Shown here: positions 52,229-61,684 of the stretch, in pieces
Position numbering within the stretch: position 1 is the first letter of the stretch
Layout of the letters: every line of letters starts with the position of its first letter
From: a virus
Virus record (IMG/VR): IMGVR_UViG_3300032086_003797
Span: 32,001 to 96,000 of that record
Direction: 5' to 3' (one strand)
DNA: 64,000 bases
Translations under genes and position numbers: made by a program
The notes under the pieces: generated by a model
What the model saw: only the letters and a program-made list of their open reading frames with translations
What the model was told of the DNA's origin: nothing
Databases searched by the model: none

Positions 52229-53461
52229 ATGAGTTTTGATCTAAAACTACATGCTTATCGCTTACTGCTCAAAGAGCCTTTCTTTGCTGCTCTAAGTCGT
52301 AAGATTGAAAAGAAGGAAAACTATGGTATCCCTACTGCGGGTGTCAGAGTCAATCCTGAGAATGGTCACTTTGAGATGGCTTACAACCCAGACTTCTTTG
52401 AAGGTCTGAGTGATGTAGAAAAAGCTGGCGTACTCAAGCATGAGTTCTATCACTTGATCTTTGATCATGTTACCAGTCGTAAGCCAGAAGGCGTGCCACA
52501 CAAGAAGTGGAACATCGCTGCTGACCTGGCTATCAATAGCCACTTGGTTGGCGAGCTACCTGACAACTGCTGTATGCCTGGTGTCGCTCCCTTTGAAGAC
52601 ATGCCCAAGGGTGAGTCTGCTGAGTGGTACTTAGCCAACATGCCTGAGGACAAAGAGTCTGAGGGTGAGGGTGAAGGTAGCGGTGATGGCGCTGAGGGCG
52701 AGGGTGAGTCAGGAGAAGGTGGCGACTCTGGCGGGCAAGAAGAAAATAATGATAACGGCTCTGCTAGCCCTGGTAACTTTGATGATCACTCTGGCTGGGA
52801 AGAAGCTGCCAGTAGTGAGGTAGCCCAGATGGCTAAGGAGCGACTCAAGAACGCCATCAAAGAAGCTGCCCAAGAAGCTGCTCAAGCTTCAGGAGGCTGG
52901 GGCTCAGTGTCAGGTGAGGTACGCAAAGAGATCATGAAGCGCCTTGAGACCAAGGTAGACTGGCGCAAGGTCCTTCGCTACTTCATCAAGACCAGCCAGC
53001 GTGCCAGCAAGAGCAGCACGGTAAAGCGGATTGATAAGCGTTACCCCTACATCCATCCAGGCAAGAAGGTACGGCGGCAAGCTAAGATTGCAATTGCCAT
53101 CGATCAGTCTGGTAGTGTTAGTGATGAGATGCTAGAAGCTTTCTTTGCTGAGTTGAATAACCTGGCTAAGCTTGCTGAGTTCACCGTGGTACCCTTCGAT
53201 ACCCAGGTCGATCAGGATAAGGTCTACGTCTGGAAGAAAGGCAAGAGCCAAAAGGCTGAGCGTGTGATGTGTGGCGGTACCTGCTTTGATGCTCCAACCG
53301 AATGGGCTAACAACAACAGCGTGGATGGCATCATTATCCTAACGGATATGGAAGCCCCCAAGCCCAAGCGGTGCAAGGCGCAGCGGATGTGGCTAACGGA
53401 TGCTCGGGGTGCTAGCCGTCCCTACTTCCAAACCAATGAGCGAGTGATCGCCGTAGACTAA
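52229..53461 (+). CDS. DUF2201-type metallopeptidase + VWA protein
   Basis: HEFYH, WNIAADLAIN, acidic Gly-rich linker, DQSGS, GGT.F, LTD. Confidence 0.88.
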   Translation: MSFDLKLHAYRLLLKEPFFAALSRKIEKKENYGIPTAGVRVNPENGHFEMAYNPDFFEGLSDVEKAGVLKHEFYHLIFDHVTSRKPEGVPHKKWNIAADLAINSHLVGELPDNCCMPGVAPFEDMPKGESAEWYLANMPEDKESEGEGEGSGDGAEGEGESGEGGDSGGQEENNDNGSASPGNFDDHSGWEEAASSEVAQMAKERLKNAIKEAAQEAAQASGGWGSVSGEVRKEIMKRLETKVDWRKVLRYFIKTSQRASKSSTVKRIDKRYPYIHPGKKVRRQAKIAIAIDQSGSVSDEMLEAFFAELNNLAKLAEFTVVPFDTQVDQDKVYVWKKGKSQKAERVMCGGTCFDAPTEWANNNSVDGIIILTDMEAPKPKRCKAQRMWLTDARGASRPYFQTNERVIAVD

Positions 53462-53718
53462 TTGACACCTTGAAATAAAGCGACAGGAGATTGACGCTAT
53501 GAAAGATACAGAGGACCTCTTCGTGCTGGACAAGTTTGGCGGGGAGATAAACATTAATAACTTACCAGAGGTAGTAGCCCATGCTAATGCTAAGTGGGCT
53601 AACCTGCATCCTGCCTTAGACCAAGCCTACCAACAGCTTATGATCAATGAAGCCTTCTGGTGTTACCCTCATCACTATGAGTTCAGTAAGCTACCCCATT
53701 GGCATCAGCTAGGTATTG

Positions 53719-53747
53719 CTTGACAGGCTGCTGTAGTATGCTATAAT
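53719..53747 (+). promoter_or_regulatory. sigma70-type promoter
   Basis: CTTGAC-N17-TATAAT with an extended TG. Confidence 0.7.
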
Positions 53748-53759
53748 AGGTAAGGTGCT

Positions 53760-53937
53760 ATGGGTGGCCCCCACCCCCCTGGGGTACCCATGGGCCCCCT
53801 CCCTACGGGTATTATGTAGGTGGGTACTGGGGAGGGTATATAAGCCGCCTAAGGACGTTAACGACGTGTATGAAAATTTTGTAGAATTTAGAAAACTTGA
53901 AAAATTGCAAATTAAAAAATTGAGACTTTTTGGAAAA
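53760..53937. other. G/C-run structured element followed by A/T tracts
   Basis: Many G and C runs with crossing complementarity at 53762-53836; A/T tracts at 53873-53937. Confidence 0.55.
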
Positions 53938-54118
53938 GAAAATGACTAACTTAGAACTAGAACAATTCGTAAGAGCGTTCCTAACATTAGAGCGTGCAGT
54001 AACAGCCCTGTACTCTTTGACAACAGATATAAAAGAAAGAGTCGACCTCCTGGAGGATAAGCTCGATCTAATGGATAAAAGTATTCTAAAACCAGATGGT
54101 ATTCAATAAGGAGGCACC

Positions 54119-54286
54119 ATGGACTTGGTAGATAAGATTATGACGTATGAAGCTGGTGGGCTAGATGATGCAGAGGTTGTCGAGCTATACCAAGAGCTAC
54201 ACGATACAGGCATCCTATGGGAGCTACAGGGGCACTACGGTCGACGTGCGTCCCTAATGCTGCAAGAGGGGATGATCGGGCAATGA
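54119..54286 (+). CDS. Small phage protein (55 aa)
   Basis: IMTYEAGGL..ELYQEL.DTG..WELQGHYGR; GGAGG RBS. Confidence 0.7.
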   Translation: MDLVDKIMTYEAGGLDDAEVVELYQELHDTGILWELQGHYGRRASLMLQEGMIGQ

Positions 54287-56167
54287 GTATCCAGCTAGGC
54301 AGCTTAGTAAAAATAAGCGTGCCCCTGATGGCAGGTGACGCACCAGAGTTGCAAGGCATCTTGGTTGAGATTAAACCTATGCAGACAGAAATAAATAAAG
54401 GTAAACATCTTTGCAGAATCATGCTAAATGAAGGTGGCGAAGAATACTGTTTGCTAACAGACTTGAAATTGGTAAAATGATAATGGGCATTGGTTCCTTA
54501 GTACAACAAACAATCCGTGGCGGGCTCCATAGCGGTCAAGTCGTCTCATCGACTTTAGGTTTGATTGTAAATGAACTTAAAGAACCAGGCGCACTACCAC
54601 AGTTCAAAGTGGATTGGTTCAAGGGACCTGACCGAGGTAAGCAGCTTTGGTATTACAAGCATGATTTAAAGGAGGCTGAATGAGCCAAGATAATATTGTA
54701 ACGTTAGAGAACCCTGGTTGGGACTACAAGTATGTAGCAAAAATCGGGGAAGACCATCACTTCTACTTAGCTAAGCTGACGAGGGAGAGTTTCATCCAGC
54801 TTTGGCAAGCGTGTAATAGCGTGGAGCAGTTCAAGGCGTCGTATGAAGCCATGGGGGGTGGGACATGTCGCCTCCCGCACGAGGGTGCAACACCTGTCCC
54901 AGTGGAGTCCGTACACAAAATCCAGTATACGGTAGATGTGCTTAGGAAAAAGAATATCACCCTAAAGGACTACGATGCGAATGATCCCGCCGAAGAAGCC
55001 ATGTGGGGAGACTTACGGAGGCTAGCGAGTGCCCACTCAAGGCGACAAGTTCAAGGTAGGTGACCTTGTAAAGTTTCCGCCTAATCATCTACTGGGTGGT
55101 GTCGGGGGTAATCTCTACATTGTCGTAAGGCAGCACGAGGGCGGCTTTATATATGTGCATAACGCCTGCCCCAAAGAGTACGGCAATACGGAGGCAATGC
55201 TTTATCATGAGGATGACTTTGTGCTCTACTCGACGGCACCATAAGCTTGAAAACACTTGTTGCGTTTCTATTGCAAAAAATACTTGGACTACGGTAGTCC
55301 TGCCTATGTGCCTGCAAAGAGTAATATTTATCAAAGGTAGCCGTTTAAGTGAGAACTATAAGAAAAAAAGAAGTGACCAAGGGGGCTGCCGTAGCCTACC
55401 TACTATATGGAAGGACACCACAGTGGATCAAACTCACAAAAAGCGCAGGACGCCTGCGATCGCCTAACGCCGACGTTAAGACAAAAGTTAATAAAAAAAA
55501 TTACGGAAACTTCTATTGGTGACCTGGTGGAATCTAAGTTTGTTATTTATGGACCTGCGTTTACGATGGACGGCTATGAAGCTTCCTATGGGTCTGGACC
55601 TGGGCATCAAGGGATCGGTACTAGCTCACAAAAAATTTACGCCGACTTGTTGGATGAGATTTATGCTGGTACGAGCGTTAGTGTCGAGAGGGGTACCCTG
55701 GGTATCGTGATCGGCATGACAACTTTTAACGTGCATGTGCATTGGCTACCTAAAGGACCTAAGTGGTGGATATTTCCCGAGGAATATAATATTGTCTCAA
55801 AAAATAAAGAGGATACCTTTAGGATCTCTGGTTCGCATTAAGCACTACGCCGACTTTGATGAGCAAGAAGATCTTTATATTGTGGTAGGTTTGGAGCCTA
55901 TGAGCCCATACGAGCTAAATAGCCATAGGGCAGAGCATTATACATTTTGTTATGTTTTAGCGCCTGCTGGTGACCCTGATGATTTTAAAAAATATCATTA
56001 TCATAATGAGCTAATTGTGGTATCATCAAGTTAGGAGATAACTGTATGACTGAATCGATTGTAATGGGGCTGCTTGCGTTTATAGCCTGGGTTGGGTTTA
56101 GTACGGTGATTACATTTGTTATTGCGTCGGCTTTCTTTGGACTGCCGAATAAAAAGGAGAAGCGTTA

Positions 56168-56425
56168 GTGAATAAGCTAGACCTACATGGCACACCTCAT
56201 GATGAGGTAAAAAATTTAACGGCGAGCTTTATCGAAAAAAATCTGCGGCGAGCGAGTATTCTTGAGGTCGTCACTGGACATAGTAACACCATGAGGGATA
56301 TCGTGCTGGACGTCCTGACTCAATATAATCTTGAGTGGTATCTCGGTACTGGAAATCTTGAGGGGTCAATCAAAGTGATCGTGGATGACTACTCGGAGTA
56401 TTATGATGACTATATTGATAATTAA
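56168..56425 (+). CDS. Smr-domain protein
   Basis: KLDLHG, EVVTGHS. Confidence 0.75.
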   Translation: MNKLDLHGTPHDEVKNLTASFIEKNLRRASILEVVTGHSNTMRDIVLDVLTQYNLEWYLGTGNLEGSIKVIVDDYSEYYDDYIDN

Positions 56426-56737
56426 TATTTTGTTGGCGAGTCCGCAAATCGAATGTCCCCGAGTCCTGCCTGGAAGTGAGACACCGCTGCCTGCTGGTGT
56501 TAGCCTGTCACGAGAGGATGAACTACTACAACGTGTAGCTTGTTTTTGTAGTCGAGTGATGGAACAAGAGCGCACTTGCTTAGAAAGAGCTTTCACTCGG
56601 CAGGCTAGGGAGCGGTGCAAGGAAACAACTGCTGCTTGGGTTAGACAAAATCTGGCGCTGCCTCGCAACTGGGTCGAGGCTGGTGGTGTAGCGCCTCCAC
56701 CAAACCGATCGATGCCAAGAAATATTAGGGTGGTATA

Positions 56738-57157
56738 TTGAGGAAAGGATTTACTTTAGTATTAGCAGTCTCTATGGGTATGCTTCTCACTGGGCTGGCG
56801 ATTATGCTTTTTCAATCCGTCAATCTGGATATGATGATTGCTGGTAACAAACGTAGATACAACCAGGCATCGTTTGCGGCGCAAAGTGGTATGAATCATT
56901 TTGCCGCTTTGCAGTTCAATTATGATCAGCTAAAAAATTTAGCGGGGAATAATCTGGAACTAAACCTGATCCGTGAAGCAATAGATGATAAACATAGTTA
57001 TGAGGTTTCTATCAAGTTCTGTTGCGGTCGTCTTGGGGAGGTATTACAGCCTGGACAATATTATGTTCAGAGCACTGGTTGGTATAAGAGAAATACTAAC
57101 CACGAGTCTTCTGCAACGTATCAAAGTTTTTATTCTCTTGACAATAATGATTTTTAA
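56738..57157 (+). CDS. PilX N-terminal-like (minor pilin-like) protein
   Basis: RKGFTLVL prepilin-like start; AGN.R..QASFAAQSG. Confidence 0.6.
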   Translation: MRKGFTLVLAVSMGMLLTGLAIMLFQSVNLDMMIAGNKRRYNQASFAAQSGMNHFAALQFNYDQLKNLAGNNLELNLIREAIDDKHSYEVSIKFCCGRLGEVLQPGQYYVQSTGWYKRNTNHESSATYQSFYSLDNNDF

Positions 57158-57435
57158 GGTATAACTATTATAAGGGGTCATAAACTTTAGCATGAGGAAA
57201 TTCCATCATGAAAATTTATCCATTCTTACCCACCGAACAACGTCGCAAGGAACGTCATAAAGAATTAGAATTAGAGCTACCAGTACCACAACACAGCGAG
57301 ATATATGAAGAGGCTACCACAGCACCAACAGGTTCTGACCGTGGCGTTTGCATTATCGATATGAATGAAGATATGACTGGTGGCGTGATTATAGACTAAG
57401 AGCATTTAACAAAACCATTAAGGAGGTTACATAAA

Positions 57436-57897
57436 ATGGCTAAGAGAAGAAAAAGAAGACGAATAGCATTTCTGAATCGAATGAAGGATATGATGAATGA
57501 AGATCCTTCATTACCACTGGATCGTGCTAAGACACTAACTGAGGTTGAAGTCAAGAATGCGCTCCGTGTTGCGGATGCAAAAGCACGACATGATAAAGAA
57601 GAGCATCATAGAGTATTCGAGGAAACGTTATTCGGTAAGAATACTACTACCACACCCGTAAAGGAAACAACGACGGTAACTCCTGTAGAAGCCAAAGCAA
57701 CACCCGTGAAAACGGAGACAGTGACTACTACTGCTACTAAGCCAGTGGTTACCAAGGCGACCACGACTACTGTTACTGAAAAAGCTACAGCAGTTACCAC
57801 CAAAACAACCACCACAGCTAAGACTACAGCCAAAGCTAGAACAGCCAGTAAGTCTAAAAAGCGAACCACTACCAAGAGTAGAAAGAAGAAGGCTTAA
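57436..57897 (+). CDS. Basic Thr/Lys-rich low-complexity protein
   Basis: AGGAGG RBS; T/K-rich tail. Confidence 0.7.
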   Translation: MAKRRKRRRIAFLNRMKDMMNEDPSLPLDRAKTLTEVEVKNALRVADAKARHDKEEHHRVFEETLFGKNTTTTPVKETTTVTPVEAKATPVKTETVTTTATKPVVTKATTTTVTEKATAVTTKTTTTAKTTAKARTASKSKKRTTTKSRKKKA

Positions 57898-58614
57898 ATG
57901 TCCAACCCCTTCAAAGAGATCTTAGGTGATATTATAGATAAGCTCAAAGAAGAGCGTCCAAAGCACGCTTTGCCATATGGTACTTGGGTGAAACATTATA
58001 AAGATCCTACTCTTTGGGGGGTTGTGACAGAGGCGCATGATGCAACAGGAGAAAATCTTGCTGGTGAGAAGACATGTAGTTACATGGTTTACTGGCTAAA
58101 TAATGGAAAGTCTAAAGGAAAGAAAAGTAAGATGTTTAAGACAACTATTGAAAATGACTTTTCTCTGATTGTTCAATTTGACGAAGATGGTAAACCATTT
58201 TTGTTTGAAGATGTGTAGGGTATTATGAGTGGTACCTATTCTTACTCTACTGGTTGGTATTCTATTAGCCCTGCTTTTGCCTGGTGGAACTTTGATGCTC
58301 ATCGTGTGGCTGCGATCAAAGCACGCAGAGAAGCAGCGAGAATTGCTGAAGAAGATAAACAACAAAAGAAAATTAACTCTGCAAAAATTGCAGAAGGAAC
58401 AATATCGGTATATGCGTAGTAAGCATTCAAGAAAGGAAAATAAATGAACTGCTTTCAAATCGAAGTCCGTGGTGCAACCTTTACAATCTGGGCTCCTACC
58501 CTCCGTGAGGCATTAGAAACCTTCATGATTGATATGGATATCTATGAAGTACCCAAGCAGTTGAGTGCTTTTGATATGCCTAGTAATATTCCAGCAGGCT
58601 TCTAATTACCAACG

Positions 58615-59085
58615 ATGTTTTGGTTAATTCTATCTTTATCATTCCCGTCGTATTTTACGGCTCAACAGACTTCCATGGCTCATACAATTATTGAGAAGAC
58701 TAGGCATGTTGGGGATGATCCATATTTGCTTGTTGCAACAGCATGGGTAGAATCTAGACTAAATCCTTTCAGTATATCCAAGACTAATGACTATGGTCTA
58801 TTCCAGATCAACTGGACATTCTGGGGCAGAGAGTGGGGATATAAAGACAGAAAAACATTCTATAAAGATATGTCCAACCCTTACCATGCAACTGTTGCAG
58901 CGATGGTTGTCTTGAAAGAAATGAGAAGATACAAAACATGCCAAGGATTAAATCTTCCTGCTTGTTATAATGGTGGACCAGGGTGGAAAGTTTCAAAGAA
59001 CAAAGATAAAATATTAGCTTACGCCAACAAGGTCAATCGACTAAGAATATATTATAAAAAAAGATTCCCTAACTGGAGCAAATAA
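58615..59085 (+). CDS. Lytic transglycosylase (SLT)
   Basis: AWVESRLNP, DYGLFQIN, CYNGG; N-terminal signal. Confidence 0.85.
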   Translation: MFWLILSLSFPSYFTAQQTSMAHTIIEKTRHVGDDPYLLVATAWVESRLNPFSISKTNDYGLFQINWTFWGREWGYKDRKTFYKDMSNPYHATVAAMVVLKEMRRYKTCQGLNLPACYNGGPGWKVSKNKDKILAYANKVNRLRIYYKKRFPNWSK

Positions 59086-59191
59086 ATTTAACATTTGTAC
59101 AAGCAACGTGCTATCTATAGTAAGCCCGACACACAACCATAATGAGGAAACTTACGCCTCGTGTCGGAAGCATGTAAGATAGGAGGATATT

Positions 59192-59674
59192 ATGGTAAAG
59201 TCAGTTTTCAGTGACAAAAAAGGTTTGGTTCAGAGTGCGGGATCTGGGGTTACAATTCAAAATTCACTCTCTGTGACGGGTCAAGTCGGGATGACGGGTG
59301 CAATTTCGGTACAATCAACACCACTTTTTGGTGGAGGTTTATCAGTCGGAGCACAGGCTGTTACAGCAGCAGGGTCTAACCAGGGCGATGCGGCAGCTAT
59401 TAGTGCCACAGGTGGTGCAATGGTTGTAGTTACTGGTGCAGATAACACCAAAGCTGTTCTCTTGCCATCTTTAGCTTCTGTTGGGGCTGGGAATATTTAT
59501 TTCATCCAGAACTCCTCAGGTAACACCTTAGAGGTATTTCCTTCATCGGGTGACAAGGTTTCACCTGCGGCTGATGATGCTGCAATTACTGTTGCTGCAA
59601 ATTCAATGCTGGTTTGTATCGCAGCCGATGCAACCCAATGGTTTGGATTCGAGCCTACTGTTGTCGGTGCCTGA
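59192..59674 (+). CDS. Probable virion structural protein (Ala/Gly/Ser/Val-rich)
   Basis: Composition; AGGAGG RBS; own terminator. Confidence 0.55.
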   Translation: MVKSVFSDKKGLVQSAGSGVTIQNSLSVTGQVGMTGAISVQSTPLFGGGLSVGAQAVTAAGSNQGDAAAISATGGAMVVVTGADNTKAVLLPSLASVGAGNIYFIQNSSGNTLEVFPSSGDKVSPAADDAAITVAANSMLVCIAADATQWFGFEPTVVGA

Positions 59675-59701
59675 TAGGTAACTTACAGCTTTGGCTAAGA
59701 G

Positions 59702-59732
59702 AAAGGCACTCCTTCGGGGGTGTCTTTTTTTT
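59702..59732 (+). terminator. Rho-independent terminator
   Basis: AAAGGCACTCC-TTCG-GGGGTGTCTTT followed by a T run. Confidence 0.85.
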
Positions 59733-59750
59733 ATCTTTTTTATTTTTGAT

Positions 59751-59797
59751 TTCCTTGACATATAGCCGTGCTATGGTATTATAAATTGTAAGGGAGA
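59751..59797 (+). promoter_or_regulatory. Early promoter+RBS cassette, copy 5
   Basis: CTTGAC-N14-TGG-TATTAT-AAATTGTAAGGGAGA. Confidence 0.85.
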
Positions 59798-59804
59798 TAG
59801 AGTT

Positions 59805-60260
59805 ATGAAGTTAGAGAATGCTATCAAAAGAATCAACAAGCGTGCCAGCATCGTTGGTCGTGAGGTTGAGATCGATCGTCGTGATCGCAAAGTTTATGTT
59901 CGCTTTGAAGATGCTGTGAGCGAGCTTTCATTTTGGGTCAATAGTGATGGTCACATCAGTTCTCCTCATATTCGCCGTTATAATGACCATAGCGATATTA
60001 TGGTAGATTACTTCGCTGGTTATCATCTCGATAATCTCAAGCAAGCACTTGATTCGCTGGCTCCATTGCCACCGAAGTACGAAGTCGGCTCTCTTGTTCA
60101 GTTCAAGAACAGTAAGCGTAATCAGCGTTGGAAGCTGGCGGGCAAGGTTGCCTTGGTGATCCAAGCTGAGTCTGGCGGTAACTACAAGGTTCAGTACCCA
60201 GGTAGCGAAGATCGTTACAATCCTTTCTACTCCGAGCGTGATTTAGAGTTGGCGGCATAA
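59805..60260 (+). CDS. Early hypothetical protein with C-terminal KOW/SH3-like domain
   Basis: YEVGSLVQF..GKVALVI..YKVQY. Confidence 0.7.
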   Translation: MKLENAIKRINKRASIVGREVEIDRRDRKVYVRFEDAVSELSFWVNSDGHISSPHIRRYNDHSDIMVDYFAGYHLDNLKQALDSLAPLPPKYEVGSLVQFKNSKRNQRWKLAGKVALVIQAESGGNYKVQYPGSEDRYNPFYSERDLELAA

Positions 60261-60540
60261 ATGAGAAGCAAAGAAATCTTAGAAGAAATCAAAGCACGAT
60301 GCCCCATCAAGCTTGGGGATCTTGTGATGGCAGGTGGCAACTTTGACGACGCAGGCAACAAAGCAGTTCCTGTTATGTGCTTGGTGGAAAGTCTATCACC
60401 AGCTAACGACGATGCTTTTGATCGGGCCTACGAAGGTGCTGAAGATCACTTGATGTTTCGGCTGCAACCAGTAGGCGTTAAAGAGTCTAATATCGGATTG
60501 TTTGTTGACTACGCATGTAATCTAGAAAAAGTTTAAATAT

Positions 60541-60587
60541 TTGCTTGACACTTTGATATAGTGTGGTATTATAAATTGTAAGGGAGA
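60541..60587 (+). promoter_or_regulatory. Early promoter+RBS cassette, copy 6
   Basis: CTTGAC-N14-TGG-TATTAT-AAATTGTAAGGGAGA. Confidence 0.85.
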
Positions 60588-60783
60588 GAGAAATGATTCA
60601 AGTAGGTTCCAAAGTTAGTCACCGTTTTCACCCGCTTTACCACAACAGTATTGGTAAAGTCATTAGCCTTGAGGGTCACCAGTTTGATGGTCACCAGATG
60701 GTCGTTGTGGATTGGGGTGTAAGTAAAAAAAGCATGTACCCCATCCAACATCACCACGCAGAAGCATTACGAAAGGAAGCATA

Positions 60784-61098
60784 ATGGCTATTGCAAATCC
60801 CGAAGTTGAGTTTCACCTGCAAGACTTTATTGGTCAGTGTGTTGAGATTATCAGTGAGCACTACAGTTCTAAGTTGCCAAACTTGGAGGTTCCCGAAGTC
60901 AAAATCAAAGAGGGTGGCAAGTATTACAAAATCTTTAAGCAGCAGGGCGAATACAACTCACACGTTTGGTTCTTCGTCAGCAAAGAGGACGGCTTTATTT
61001 GGAAGCCTGCTTCTTGGAAAGCTCCTGCTCGCAACTTCCCTCGTGGAAATATTCTTGAAGACAAAGCAAAAGACGTCATTGGCGTCTACGGAATCTAG
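60784..61098 (+). CDS. Hypothetical phage protein
   Basis: GKYYKI..FV..DG.IWKPASWKAPA..RGNI. Confidence 0.7.
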   Translation: MAIANPEVEFHLQDFIGQCVEIISEHYSSKLPNLEVPEVKIKEGGKYYKIFKQQGEYNSHVWFFVSKEDGFIWKPASWKAPARNFPRGNILEDKAKDVIGVYGI

Positions 61099-61431
61099 GA
61101 GGAAATGATGGATTACGAATTAAGAGAATTCGATGAGGATATTTTTATCCAATGGTTTACAGAGGAGGCTCGTAATGGTAGGATGCCACCAGAGCGAATG
61201 CAAGAACCCAATTGGGGAGTGAGTCCTGAGTTTCTCATCAACTCTTCTTTTGATGCGATCGCAGCCGACCGAGCAAAATGGCTGCAACCATTGATGTTCT
61301 TGGCAGGCATTAGCGTTGGTATGATTGGCGGAGCACTTTTGAGTTTAGAATATCCTATTTATTGGCTAACATTATAAGCCCGTAGGAGGTAAACCCCATG
61401 AAGAAAAAATACACACGTCGAAGATAAGTGT

Positions 61432-61592
61432 TAGGGGTCAACCCGACCGATCTGGCAGGAAGCATAAAGAGCCAGCGTCCCTACCTTCAGTAACCACATA
61501 CCTTTTGAAGAGTTGCGTGTGGAAAACGGTTTGTAGGGTCAGATACACATGGAACAGGAGCCCCAGACGTACTTGGGCGAAAACTCTTCACA
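61432..61592 (+). ncRNA. Candidate structured ncRNA upstream of tRNA-Arg
   Basis: No ORF; stems CTGGC/GCCAG, CCCTAC/GTAGGG and CCCAG/TTGGG; 9-bp crossing pair TGAAGAGTT/AACTCTTCA. Confidence 0.5.
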
Positions 61593-61595
61593 TAT

Positions 61596-61672
61596 GGTCC
61601 AGTAGCTCAGTTGGATAGAGCAACGGTCTTCTAAACCGTGGGTCGCAGGTTCAAATCCTGCCTGGATCACCA
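61596..61672 (+). tRNA. tRNA-Arg (anticodon UCU)
   Basis: Cloverleaf; anticodon loop CTTCTAA; GTTCAAATC; encoded CCA. Confidence 0.95.
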
Positions 61673-61684
61673 AGGAGTTTTGAG

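Noticed and set aside
53755-53949. 64-aa ORF in the track
   Set aside because: No good RBS; runs through the G/C-run element and A-tracts, so more likely non-coding.
34541-60587. Repeated TGGTATTATAAATTGTAAGGGAGA as a CRISPR repeat or mobile-element end
   Set aside because: Copies are 0.8-11 kb apart, always have a -35 at fixed spacing and an ATG just after, and no cas or transposase genes are present.
61432-61592. tmRNA, SRP RNA, RNase P or hammerhead ribozyme
   Set aside because: No tRNA-like ends, no GAGGAAAGUCC, no SRP helix-8 context and no CUGAUGA core.
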